This document shows positions 11,107 through 21,052 of a stretch of 64,000 nucleotides of DNA, one piece after another. The stretch comes from Rebecca billardiae RCC1528 (Eukaryota > Protista > Haptophyta), in contig OZ251223.1 of the NCBI GenBank assembly GCA_965240325.2, positions 1,240,001-1,304,000 of the forward strand, written 5' to 3'. The position numbers and the translations under genes were made by a program. The notes beneath the pieces are model-generated. The model was given only the letters and a program-made list of their open reading frames with translations, did not search any database and was not told where the DNA came from. Positions within the stretch are counted from its first letter, which is position 1, and the number at the start of each line of letters is the position of its first letter.

Positions 11107-12284
11107 CAGGGGCTGGTGCTCGCAGCGAGGCACTCGCGGTGCGAGTGCGAGCAGGGCGCGAGCGCGAGTGCGAGCAGGGCACTCGCACTCGCGCTCGCAA
11201 GGCGCCGATCCGGCCCAGCGGGCTTGCGAGTCAACTCGCAAAGGTACTCGCAAGGTGCGGTCTAGCGCGAGCATGCGAGTTGGCGCGAGCAGAAGTGCGA
11301 GTCCCTGGGCGGCCTCGTGACCGCCTGCACGGCAGGCGAGTCACAAAGCGTCAAAGCCTCGCTGCCCCCCGCCCAGGGCGGCAAATGGCGAGCTCATCGG
11401 CGGCGCCGGTCGCTTCGGCGCCTGCGTCGGCGCCGGCTGCCGAGATCACCGTCTGGTCGCTGTCGAACCAGCGCGGGGTGATCGACCCGGCCTGGCTCGA
11501 TCTGCCCCCCAACGGCAAAGGTGTCTCGCTCTTGTGGACGCACGTCCACCCCATCTCGCAAGCGGCGCCGACCGACTTCTCGTACGTTCAGGTGGGCAGT
11601 CAGTCGAGCAACCCGAAGCTGTACACGCACGTGTGCGTCATGCCGGGATGCGGCCAGCGCTTCACGCTCCCCCTCGACAAGGTGCGCTCGAAGGGGGGCA
11701 AGTCGGTCTTCACGATCACAAACGCGGGCAACCACCTGAAGACGATGCACCCGCTGACCGAGTACAGCAAGAAGGCCTCCATCAAGGCGGACGAGGCAGC
11801 GCTGGGGGCGAAGCGGACCATGCAGCAGGTGGGCATGTCGGTGAGTATGCCCGTCGAGAAGCAGCTCAAGCAATCGGGCCTCCTCGCTGCGGGCTTCAAG
11901 AAGGTGTCGCGCGCCGACAAACAGCTGGCGACGCAGGCGCGGTGGCAGGGTGGTCAGGGCGGCGGGTCGGGTGTAAGGCATGCTCTAATAGGGCCAAATA
12001 GGGCCAAAAATTTTCTTCGCCTCAGGCCGGCGGGGCCCCGGGGGAGGCCCCCCGGACCCCCCGCTGGGCGTGTCCGGGGGCTGCGCCCCCGGACACGTTG
12101 CGAGTTGGGACTCGCACTTTGCGAGTTGGGACTCGCACTTTACTCGCACTCGCACTCGCAGCCACCCATTCCGCCCAGTGGGGCCTGCGAGTTCAACTCG
12201 CAGTGCACTCGCAAAGTCCCCTCAAAAGTGCGAGTGCGAGTTCACTCTACTCGCAGCCGCGGAAAGTGCGAGCGACGGTCCCTG
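11107..12284 (+). mobile_element. hAT-family non-autonomous element with truncated BED-finger transposase
   Basis: Exact 8-bp TSD AGTTTATT (11099-11106, 12285-12292); imperfect TIRs CAGGGGCTGGTGCTCGCA / CAGGGACCGTCGCTCGCA; many CTCGCA/TGCGAG subterminal repeats. ORF from ATG 11385 has a BED-like W...C.MPGC...TNAGNHLKTMH motif and breaks off near 11945. Confidence 0.9.
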
Positions 12285-12293
12285 AGTTTATTA

Positions 12294-14789
12294 CCGATTT
12301 GGGGCAACTGAAAACATGCATTTCGTTTTTGCAAGTTTTGTTTTGTTTTTTGAACTTTTTTCCTTTTTTGAAACATGTTTTGGACAAAACATCTTTTTGA
12401 AAAAATGTTTTCGAAAAACTTGTTTTGTTTTGTTTTTTGAAAAACGTTTTCAAAAACAAGTTTTCAAAACGTGTTTCGAAAAAACAAAACAAAACTTAAG
12501 TTTTCAAAACGTGTTTTGACAAAACAAGTTTTGTTTTGAAAAAGTTTTCTTGGAGAGGAAAGAAAGACCGTTGTCCACCGCGTCGCGCGGCGGGGCAATC
12601 GGCGGCGACAGGAGATGCCGCGCGAGCCACGGCCGCGGATCGCAGTCAACGCGCACAACGGCGTGTACCGACAGGGTAGGAGCTACGACGTGGTTCTTCG
12701 GCAGCGCGTCGTGGGGACTGCCCTCCGACTGCGCGCGGGCAACTCGTCGTGCACGTACGACGAGATCGCTCATCGACCGTGTTCAAGTGGGTGCGGGAGT
12801 ACCTCGCGACGCAGCAGATCGTGAGCACGCAGTCGGGCGGCGTCGCGTCCTCTGGCCCGCCGATCTTCGACCTGCCCCAGCTCTTCCTGCTGAAAGCACT
12901 CGTCAAGATGTACCCGCGAGACACGCTGGCGCAAACGTGTGCACGCCTTGCGCTGTGGTATGGCCTGAGCGTCAGCGAGCCGACCGTCTGCAGGGCAATG
13001 CAGGTCATCCGCATGACGCGCAAGAAGACCGTTGAGGTTCCGGTGGTGCGCGCGAGTGCGCCGCGGCGACCGCGCATGCGTGCGCGCTTGATGCTTGGTC
13101 TCGCCCGGCCATCAGCGGGTGTGACCCTCAGCCGTGCCCTGCTGCGACAGGGCCAGGGGCGGGAGCTGATGGAGGATCCTGTCGCCGACGCAGTAAGCGC
13201 GCCGCTGAGCACATCGGCCTGCAGGAGTCCGTGCTTCGTTCGTCATCATGGCGAGCAGCGGAATCTGGGCGCGACGAGCAGCGTGATGATGCGCGCGTCC
13301 GGACGAGCCGATCATGTCTTTCGACTTTCATCCGCCTCCGCGGGCCCGCGTGCGCTTCGGGCAGGAGCCCTCGTCATCAGTCGTCTGATGCCGTGCATGA
13401 CGCTGCCATACTACTACGACACAAGTACGCGTGAGTCGCTGTGAGTCATATCGATGCGATCGTCGCACGACAGCAGTGACGCTGCACGGCCGCGGAGCCC
13501 AGGGCTGACGATCAGTGGACCGAGCCGTCGGCAGACGCAAAGTCGGCGGACACGACGAGTCGTAGTGCGCGCCGCGTGCGGCCAGGTACCGCCAGGGCCA
13601 GGGCCACGCCGGTGACGGCGGGCAGCAGAGGATGCAGCACGCGCGTGACGCCAACGTGCCGTGCGAGGGCTACGCCAACGCTGCTCAGGCACCGCAGCAG
13701 CCGCAGCTCACGTGTGAGGACTTCTGCCGACTGTGGTTGGTGGCGGTGCGCGAACTCGTCGGCGGCGTCCGACGACCGCCGCGGAGGTGAAGGTGATGGT
13801 GCTTGCTGCGCTCAACGCCAGGTGCGCGTATGTGCGTGAGCTCAAGCGGTGGACGAGCACGGTCGCGTGCCACCCGCACGTGGTCGTCGCCATCGCCCTT
13901 CGCGCCATCGTGCGACTCGGCGGCGAGCTGCACCGCGCGAGCACACAAGCGTCGGAGCACGACGGCAAGATCATCGGCAACACGTTCCGCGACCGCACGT
14001 GCCGGGCGGGCGGGCTGAGCTCGAACAGACGCGGCACGAGCATGCCGCGAGCTGGCCGCGTCGAGCAGGCCGCCAAGCAGGTGATCGTGGGCAAGATGAA
14101 GATCATGAAGAAGCGCACCAACACCGTCGACAAGAACGGCCGGCTGCGACTGCGCGCAGCAAACGGACGGTGCAGCCGGGCGCATCCAGTGGCAGCGGGC
14201 CTGCGAGCGAGGTGCGTCTGCGCGAGATCGTCCATGCGCGTCGCACCGCATCACCACCTCCGCCATCTGACGCCTGCGCACCGCATGCGCGCGCGGCCGC
14301 GCGGTCGCGCGACGCCAGGGCGATTGAGATGACATTCGCGCGTGTCGCGGGCAGTAATAGACGAGGAGACGAAGTGGCAGGGGCTGGTGAGCGGTGCCTG
14401 GAGCATGTGTTGGGTGGTTGCGCACCTGCCAGTGCCCGTCCGCGCCGGCTCAGGGTTCTTACTAGGCCGCCGGCCCGCGTCGCGCGGCGGCACCCTAAAG
14501 TGAACATTTGGCCGCCATTCTGTTCCCGTGTGTTTTCGAGCGTCACTTTTTGGAAAAAGACAAAAAGTGAAAACGTTTTTGAAAAAGGGAAAACAGGTTT
14601 GCACTTTTTGAAAACACGTTTTGAAAACAGGTTTTGAAAAACGTTTTCGGTTTTTGTTTCGTTTTGGCAAAACTTCTTTTCCAAAAACAAAACAAAACAT
14701 GTTTTAAATCCGGTTTTCAAAAGTTGAAACTTTTTGAAGTGCGTTTTTCAAAAAAGTGCAGAATCATGTTTTCAGTTGCCCAAAATCGG
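12294..14789 (+). mobile_element. IS630/Tc1-mariner-like TIR element, degenerate
   Basis: TIR CCGATTT(G/T)GGGCAACTGAAAACATG flanked by TA on both sides; long AT-rich GTTTT/AAAAC subterminal arrays. Internal HTH YPRDTLAQTCARLALWYGLSVSEPTVCRAMQVIRMTRKK (about 12910-13030) is typical of IS630/Tc1 DNA-binding domains. Confidence 0.85.
13690..14160 (+). pseudogene. Frameshifted C-terminal fragment of a Transib/RAG1/CMC-type DDE transposase inside the TIR element
   Basis: HPHVVVAIALRAIVRLGGELHRASTQASEHDGKIIGNTFR resembles the H...G.(L/I)...S.(Q/E)..E...K..R block carrying the catalytic Glu of RAG1/Transib-like transposases. Recognised by eye only. Confidence 0.4.
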
Positions 14790-14865
14790 TAATATTTCGG
14801 CGCCCTCACTCTATTTTCTTTGGCACAACCGCACTCAGCCTGCCCGCGCACTTGCTCCTGCGACG

Positions 14866-16245
14866 ATGGCCGAGGTGGCGGTGCGCCGGTACCGGCTGGC
14901 GGCCGAGCAGGGCAATGCAGGTGAGCAGTTCAGGCTGGGCGTGTGCTACGCACAAGGCGAGGGCATGCCACAGGACTGGGCCGAGGCGGTGCGCTGGTAC
15001 CGGCTGGCGGCCGAGCAGGGCAATGCAGCTGCGCAGACCAACCTGGGCGTGTGCTACAACCGAGGCGAGGGCGTGCCACAGGACTGGGCCGAGGCAGTGC
15101 GCTGGTTCCGGCTGGCGGCCGAGCAGGGCACTGCAGCTGCGCAGACCAACCTGGGCTTGTGCTACGCACGAGGCCGGGGCGTCCCACAGGACTGGGCCCA
15201 GGCGGTGCGCTGGTACCGGCTGGCGGCCGAGCAGGGCAATGCAGATGCACAGTGCAACCTGGGCGTGTGCTACGAAGAAGGCGAGGGCGTGCCGCAGGAC
15301 ATGGCCGAGGCGGTGCGCTGGTACCGGCTGGCGGCCGAGCAGGGCACTGCAGCTGCGCAGCACAACCTGGGCGTGTGCTACCAACAAGGCAAGGGCGTGC
15401 CGCAGGATACAGCCGAGGCGGTGCGCTGGTTCCGGCTGGCGGCCGAGCAGGGCGATGCAGGTGCGCAGTTTGCCCTGGGCGTGTGCTACCAACAAGGCGA
15501 GGGCGTGCCGCAGGATATGACCGAGGCGGTGCGCTGGTACCGGCTGGCGGCCGAGCAGGGCTACGCAGCTGCGCAGAACAGCCTGGGCGTGTGCTACGAA
15601 CGAGGCGAGGGCGTGCCGCAGGATATGGCCGAGGCGGTGCGCTTGTACCGGCTGGCGGCCGAGCAGGGCGATGCAGGTGGGCAGACCAACCTGGGCGTAT
15701 GCTACAACCGAGGCGAGGGCGTGCCACAGGACTGGGCCGAGGCAGTGCGCTGGTTCCGGCTGGCTGCCGAGCAGGGCGATGCAGATGCGCAGTTTGCCCT
15801 GGGCGTGTGCTGCCAACGAGGCGAGGGCGTGCCGCAGGATATGGCTCAAGCGGTGCGCTGGTACCGGCTGGCCATCGACGGCGGCGCGCCAGAAGCCCAC
15901 TTGGCATTGGCGCGCCTGCTGCTTGCAGGCGCGGCCGTGCAGCGCGACGTGGCGGAGGGAGTGCGGCTGCTGCGCCGCGGGCACGAGCTTGACGGCTCCG
16001 TGGTGGATCCGAGCAAGGTGCTCGGCGACTATGCCGGAGATCGCGAAGTGGCCGCTGCGTGCTGCATGGTGTGCGTCAAGTCAGGCCGTGGCGTGAAGAA
16101 GTGCGAGCGGTGCCTCGTGGCGGTGTTCTGCTGCCGCGAGCACCTGCGGAGCGCGTGGAAAATGCACAAGCCGCACTGCACGGAGTGGCGTGCCGCGGCG
16201 GCGATGGTACGTGCTCGAACTGAGACTGCCAATCAATCAGGCTGA
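14866..16245 (+). CDS. Sel1-like repeat + C-terminal MYND zinc finger protein, copy A (9 canonical 36-aa modules)
   Basis: Nine AQ..LG.C...G.G.PQD...AVR..RLA repeats of 108 bp, a capping repeat, then CMVC-x8-CERC-x5-CCREH-x7-HKPHC (MYND). Confidence 0.92.
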   Translation: MAEVAVRRYRLAAEQGNAGEQFRLGVCYAQGEGMPQDWAEAVRWYRLAAEQGNAAAQTNLGVCYNRGEGVPQDWAEAVRWFRLAAEQGTAAAQTNLGLCYARGRGVPQDWAQAVRWYRLAAEQGNADAQCNLGVCYEEGEGVPQDMAEAVRWYRLAAEQGTAAAQHNLGVCYQQGKGVPQDTAEAVRWFRLAAEQGDAGAQFALGVCYQQGEGVPQDMTEAVRWYRLAAEQGYAAAQNSLGVCYERGEGVPQDMAEAVRLYRLAAEQGDAGGQTNLGVCYNRGEGVPQDWAEAVRWFRLAAEQGDADAQFALGVCCQRGEGVPQDMAQAVRWYRLAIDGGAPEAHLALARLLLAGAAVQRDVAEGVRLLRRGHELDGSVVDPSKVLGDYAGDREVAAACCMVCVKSGRGVKKCERCLVAVFCCREHLRSAWKMHKPHCTEWRAAAAMVRARTETANQSG

Positions 16246-16333
16246 TGAGACTGATGCACTGCTGTCTGCTGCCGACCGACGAACAGACTCGACGAAGAGT
16301 CGAAGACGACTGCTAGTACCGCCGTATTTATAT

Positions 16334-17333
16334 GGCCCGCGCGGTGCATTGGGCGCGGAATCTGATCAATCTGAACAGAATCTGAACTCGCGCAGCTCGT
16401 GCCTCGTGGAGCCCGCGACCGCGGGCACGCACTGCTAACCACGTCTTTTATTATTCATGCAAAATATAATAATAAGATCTTTGCATGAATTATAAGGCAT
16501 GATCAGCAAAGAAAAAGGGACGGGGTGGTAGTGTTTTCCAGGGCTGGAGGAGACCGAGCGTCCGATTTTTTGAGACCCCCTCAGTACACATGGATTAGCG
16601 TCGAAAAAGGTCGCGTCCGCCGTCTCGAATAGTGACGAACAGATGATTTATGATGAATCAACGAAACCCACGCCCAAGTGTGCGAGGCTGGGTAATTGTG
16701 GGTAGACTCTCGTTCATGTAGTGTGACCGTAGTAAAATAAATATGGCCTCGCCGCCGCAACGACTCTCGTCGTATCTATCTTGCAGTAATGTATCGTACC
16801 CGCGTACTTGCCGAAAGCTGGGCCGTGGCTATCTCCCTACTTAGTACTTTGGACGTTCTCACGAGCTCGCGCCCATCCACGAGTTCATACCGCATACGAA
16901 AGCGCCGGGCGCGACCTTTTCGGCACGAATCAATGTCTATAGGAGGTCTCAAAAATCGAAACTCGGCCTGAACCAGCCCTCTGAGAAAACCGTCCCCGCA
17001 TGGCCCGTCTTTTTTTCTTTGATCAATAAAGATTTTTTGAAACGTGGTTAGTGCCCGCGGGCGGGCTCCACGCTGCGCGCTCCGCCCTGCGGCACAGGGG
17101 CGTTGCGCCAGCTCGGGACAAACACGGTTCCGGTCTTCTTATTCTGATCTGCTCGCTCTTCAAAACGACGAAATGTTCCGTGCCGGCGGTCCGTGCCCTA
17201 CCCCCTTGACCCTTGTAACTCAAAGTTCGATCTGTACATGTAATTTACCCACCACTGACCACAGGGCTGTCCAAGGATCCTGGGTCTTGGGTCCTTCGCG
17301 TTTGTCCAGCTGGCGCAACGCTCCGCGCGGGCC
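16334..17333. mobile_element. Non-autonomous TIR element (ISL2EU/PIF-Harbinger-like), degenerate relative of 40069-41116; right TIR interrupted by a MITE
   Basis: Left end AT|GGCCCGCGCGGTGCA; right end aaacgtggttagtgcccgcgggcgggctccacgctgcgcgctccgccctgc[insert]cgcgggcc; long imperfect inverted subterminal arms shared with the 40-kb copy. Confidence 0.7.
17095..17325. mobile_element. ~230-bp MITE nested in the right TIR of the element above
   Basis: Imperfect inverted termini CAGGGGCGTTGCGCCAGCTCGGGACAAAC / GTTTGTCCAGCTGGCGCAACGCTCCG; no clear TSD. Confidence 0.65.
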
Positions 17334-17634
17334 GCCATCATCGTCGTCTGTCGAGTGTCGTCCCGGCGGACTCCGGTAATTACGCCGGAACTTACGTCTT
17401 ATTACTACCGGCCGGTCAATATTATTATAATAATCCGCGGTCCGTGACAATTGATATCCAGGGGCGGGCGGCACTACTCATCGGCCTCCGAAGCCGCTCA
17501 CTCCCCATCAGGCCGTCATCACGGTGACGGTCATGCCTCATGGCGTGGATAAGTGATGCCGCCGCAGTGACACTGAGTGTGACAGTGGCGCTTTGGACTC
17601 CGAGGATTCAGCCTTGGCTGTGTTTGCGTCTCAA

Positions 17635-18729
17635 TCAAGGCCCGTGCAGGCGCCGGCGGCGTTTGGCGTGGACGCCGCGCGACGACGCGTTGGCGCCGCC
17701 GAATCCGTCGGGCAGCGCCAACGCCGGCCTCGGCGCCGGACGCGCGTACCACGCGTAGAACGCGGCGTAGTGCGGGCGCACGTACGGCCGGAGCCGCAGG
17801 AGCGGGTGGCGGGGCTTGAACGCCGTCTTCGCCATCAGGTACTTGCCCAGCCGGGACTTGAGGCCTGCCCACACCTCCGCCTTGCCTCGGTGCCCCGCGT
17901 ACGCCTTGTGCTGCTTCGCCTCGAAGTCGTGCATCGTGCGGAAGCGGAAGTGGAGGAAGTACGCCTCCTTGGGCTTGACGATGTGCTCGCGGAACGGCTC
18001 GCGCGGCTTCATGTGGTGGATGCCCTTGTGGTCAAAGTTGGCGATGGATGTGGGCCTCGCAAAGTTCTTGTGCAGCGGCACGCGGTCGACGTTCTCCAGG
18101 CGCTGCAGCGGGGTGAACGTGCGCGCCTCGTCCAGCAGCATCAGCTCGCGCGGCAGCGGCTCGGCGCGGCTCACGTTGGGCAGCATCAGCTTGCCCTGAA
18201 TGCGCAGCACGCCCTGCGACGCCGACGCCTTGCCCAGGAACTGCGTGATGCACCACGCGTCGTCGGCGTTGGGCAACACGAACTCGTCCACGTCGAAGAA
18301 GCCGAGCCAGTCCGCCTCCGCGCCGTGCACCCGCGCCGCGTGCTGCACGATCACGAATTGTGGCGTGAAGCGAATGTGCTGCGGCACTACAATGCCAAGC
18401 TGTTGTTGAATGCCCGCCACGTCTGTGTGCAAGGTGGCCAGACCGACGGACGCAAAGCCGCGAACGACCGCGACGGTGTCGTCCGTCGACTTGTCGTCGT
18501 ACACGTAGAAGTGGTCGAAACCGATCAGGCGGTGAAAGAGGATCCACTCGGCGATCCAGCGGCCCTCGTTGTTCACAATCGTCGCCATGGCGACGCGGTA
18601 CTTTGCGCCAGAAGACGGGCGGCTCGTGGCGGCGCACGAGCGCGGCGGCGGGGCGATCGGCGGGGGCCGATAGCGCGCGAGCACGCACGACCATAGCAGC
18701 AGGAAGCCGCAGGCCCACCTCCAGCCCAT
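17635..18729 (-). CDS. Glycosyltransferase family 92 / GT2-like protein, copy 1
   Basis: Signal/anchor peptide; NEGRWIAEWILFHRLIGFDHFYVYDDKSTDDT and WLGFFDVDEFV (DxD) motifs; ATG at 18729. Confidence 0.88.
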   Translation of the reverse strand: MGWRWACGFLLLWSCVLARYRPPPIAPPPRSCAATSRPSSGAKYRVAMATIVNNEGRWIAEWILFHRLIGFDHFYVYDDKSTDDTVAVVRGFASVGLATLHTDVAGIQQQLGIVVPQHIRFTPQFVIVQHAARVHGAEADWLGFFDVDEFVLPNADDAWCITQFLGKASASQGVLRIQGKLMLPNVSRAEPLPRELMLLDEARTFTPLQRLENVDRVPLHKNFARPTSIANFDHKGIHHMKPREPFREHIVKPKEAYFLHFRFRTMHDFEAKQHKAYAGHRGKAEVWAGLKSRLGKYLMAKTAFKPRHPLLRLRPYVRPHYAAFYAWYARPAPRPALALPDGFGGANASSRGVHAKRRRRLHGP

Positions 18730-18848
18730 CCTCACGAGCGATCACCTCTCGTGCATGCCCTAGCTACAGAGCACGGCGCGAGGTGAACGGCTCCATCGTC
18801 GTTGCCTGGCCGCCGAGGCGCCGACCCGTCCGGAGTTCCGGACCGAAT

Positions 18849-19062
18849 CAAGGCGAGGGCGTGCCGCACTGCCGCAGGACTGGGCAGAGGCAGTGCGCTG
18901 GTGCCGGCTGGCGGCCGAGCAGGGAGCCTACGCAGCTGCGCAGAGCAAGTGAGCAACCTGGGCGTGTGCTACAAACAAGGCAAGGGCGTGCCGCAGGATA
19001 TCGCCGAGGCAGTGCGCTTGTTCCGGCTGGCGGCCGAGCAGGGCTACGCAACTGCGCAGACC
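18849..19062 (+). pseudogene. Orphan Sel1 module cassette (about 2 modules, frameshifted)
   Basis: Encodes SNLGVCYKQGKGVPQDIAEAVRLFRLAAEQGYATAQT; no start codon or MYND domain; disrupted by 8-bp duplications. Confidence 0.85.
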
Positions 19063-19194
19063 TCGATATGCACTGTACGACGATATGAGTCTGTCTGTCT
19101 GATCATGATTCATGACGGTACTCATCATCGATGCCGATCAGACCGAATCGTGATGATAATGCTGCCAGCCTCAGTGCCTCTGCTAAGATAAAGA

Positions 19195-20271
19195 CTAAGA
19201 GTGGCGGCTACAGTGGACGCCGCACGACGACGCGTTGGCGCCGCCGAATCCGTCGGGCAGCGCCAACGCCGGCCTCGGCGCCGGACGCGCGTACCACGCG
19301 TAGAACGCGGCGTAGTGCGGGCACACGTACGGCCGGAGCCGCAGGAGCGGGTGGCGGGGCTTGAACTCCGTCTTCGCCATCAGGTACTTGCCCAGCCGGG
19401 ACTTGAGGCCTGCCCACACCTCCGCCTTGCCTCGGTGCCCCGCGTACGCCTTGTGCTGCTTCGCCTCGAAGTCGTGCATCGTGCGGAAGCGGAAGTGGAG
19501 GAAGTACGCCTCCTTGGGATTGACGATGTGCTCGCGGAACGGCTCGCGCGGCTTCATGTAGTGGATGCTCCTGTGGTCCAAGTTGGCGATGGATGTGGGC
19601 CTCGCAAAGTTCTTGTGCAGCGGCCCGCGGTCGACGTTCTCCAGGCGCTGCAGCGGGGTGAACGTGCGCGCCTCGTCCAGCAGCATCAGCTCGCGCGGCA
19701 GCGGCTCGGCGCGGCTCACGTTGGGCAGCATCAGCTCGCCCTGAATGCGCAGCACGCCCTGCGACGCCGACGCCTTGCCCAGGAACTGCGTGATGCACCA
19801 CGCGTCGTCGGCGTTGGGCAGCACGAACTCGTCCACGTCGAAGAAGCCGAGCCAGTCCGCCTCCGCGCCGTGCACCCGCGCCGCGTGCTGCACGATCACG
19901 AATTGCGGCGTGAAGCGATTCTGCGGCACGACAATGCCAAGCTGTTGTTGAATGCCCGCCACGTCTGTGTGCAAGGTGGCCAGACCGACGGACGCAAAGC
20001 CGCGAACGACCGCGACGGTGTCGTCCGTCGACTTGTCGTCGTACACGTAGAAGTGGTCGAAACCGATCAGGCGGTGAAAGAGGATCCACTCGGCGATCCA
20101 GCGGCCCTCGTCGTTCACAATCGTCGCCATGGCGACGCGGTACTTTGCGCCAGAAGACGGGCGGCTCGTGGCGGCGCACGAGCGCGGCGGCGGGGCGATC
20201 GGCGGGGGCCGACAGCGCGCGAGCACGCACGACCATAGCAGCAGGAAGCCGCGGGCCCACCTCCAGCCCAT
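19195..20271 (-). CDS. Glycosyltransferase family 92 / GT2-like protein, copy 2
   Basis: Near-identical paralog of 17635-18729 with a different last few codons; ATG at 20271. Confidence 0.88.
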   Translation of the reverse strand: MGWRWARGFLLLWSCVLARCRPPPIAPPPRSCAATSRPSSGAKYRVAMATIVNDEGRWIAEWILFHRLIGFDHFYVYDDKSTDDTVAVVRGFASVGLATLHTDVAGIQQQLGIVVPQNRFTPQFVIVQHAARVHGAEADWLGFFDVDEFVLPNADDAWCITQFLGKASASQGVLRIQGELMLPNVSRAEPLPRELMLLDEARTFTPLQRLENVDRGPLHKNFARPTSIANLDHRSIHYMKPREPFREHIVNPKEAYFLHFRFRTMHDFEAKQHKAYAGHRGKAEVWAGLKSRLGKYLMAKTEFKPRHPLLRLRPYVCPHYAAFYAWYARPAPRPALALPDGFGGANASSCGVHCSRHS

Positions 20272-20395
20272 CCTCACGAGCGATCACCTCTCGTGCATGC
20301 CCTAGCTACAGAGCACGGCGCGAGGTGAACGGCTCCATCGTCGTTGCCTGGCCGCCGACCCGTCCGGACCGAGTGCGAAGTACGTGTCCACCATC

Positions 20396-21052
20396 ATGGT
20401 GGGCGATGCCGGGGTCCGCATGCTCCGGCGCAGGGCGGGGCGGGGCGACGCACGTGCGACCTTCCTGCTGGCGAGGCGCACTGAATCGGGCGACGGCGTC
20501 ACGCGGGACGTCGGCGAGGCGCGTCGTCTCTATGCCCTCGCTGCGAATCGCGGGTTTGCGCAAGCGCAGCGACGGTTGGGCGAGATCGCGGGCGGTCACG
20601 GGTCAGCCACGCCGAATTGGGCGGAGGCTGCGCGCTGGTACCGGCTGGCGGCTGAGCAGGGCGATTCGACTGCTCAAGCCCGCATGGGCGTGCTGTATGC
20701 AGGAGGCAAGGGCGTGCCACAGGACTGGGCCGAGGCTGTGCGCTGGTACCGGCTGGCGGCCGAGCAGGGTGATGCCGTTGGCGCAGTAGGCAAACTGGGC
20801 ATGCGATACGCACAAGGCGACGGCGTGCCGCAGGACACTGCTGAGGCGGTGCGCTGGTCCCGGCTGGCGGCCGAGCAGGGTCAACGGAATCAGTGCGACC
20901 CCCTAATCGTCGTCGCCGCGCTCTCCCGAGGCTCGCCCCTGGGCGGCGAGGCCGGCTCGGAGACATGGCCTTGGGCCACGGCGCTCCCACGCCTCCCCGA
21001 CCGCTCCGCGCCGGGTGGCGACGGCGGCTCGGACGAGTTTACCGCGGGCTGA
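20396..21052 (+). pseudogene. Truncated Sel1-repeat gene (divergent N-terminal repeats plus about 2.5 canonical modules, no MYND)
   Basis: GDARATFLLA..., AQRRLG..., AEAARWYRLAAEQG, GKGVPQDWAEAVRWYRLAAEQG. Homology ends about 20881 and the frame reads on antisense into the neighbouring gene. Confidence 0.65.

Noticed and set aside
14649-15255. RSS-like nonamer GGTTTTTGT (14649) and heptamer CACAGTG (about 15248) near the RAG-like fragment
   Set aside because: They are not separated by 12/23-bp spacers. The nonamer lies in an AT-rich subterminal array and the heptamer is ordinary coding sequence.
14890-15880. Regular 108-bp periodic repeats with variable segments resembling a CRISPR array
   Set aside because: The repeats are in-frame protein-coding Sel1 modules in a eukaryotic gene; there are no unique spacers and no cas genes.
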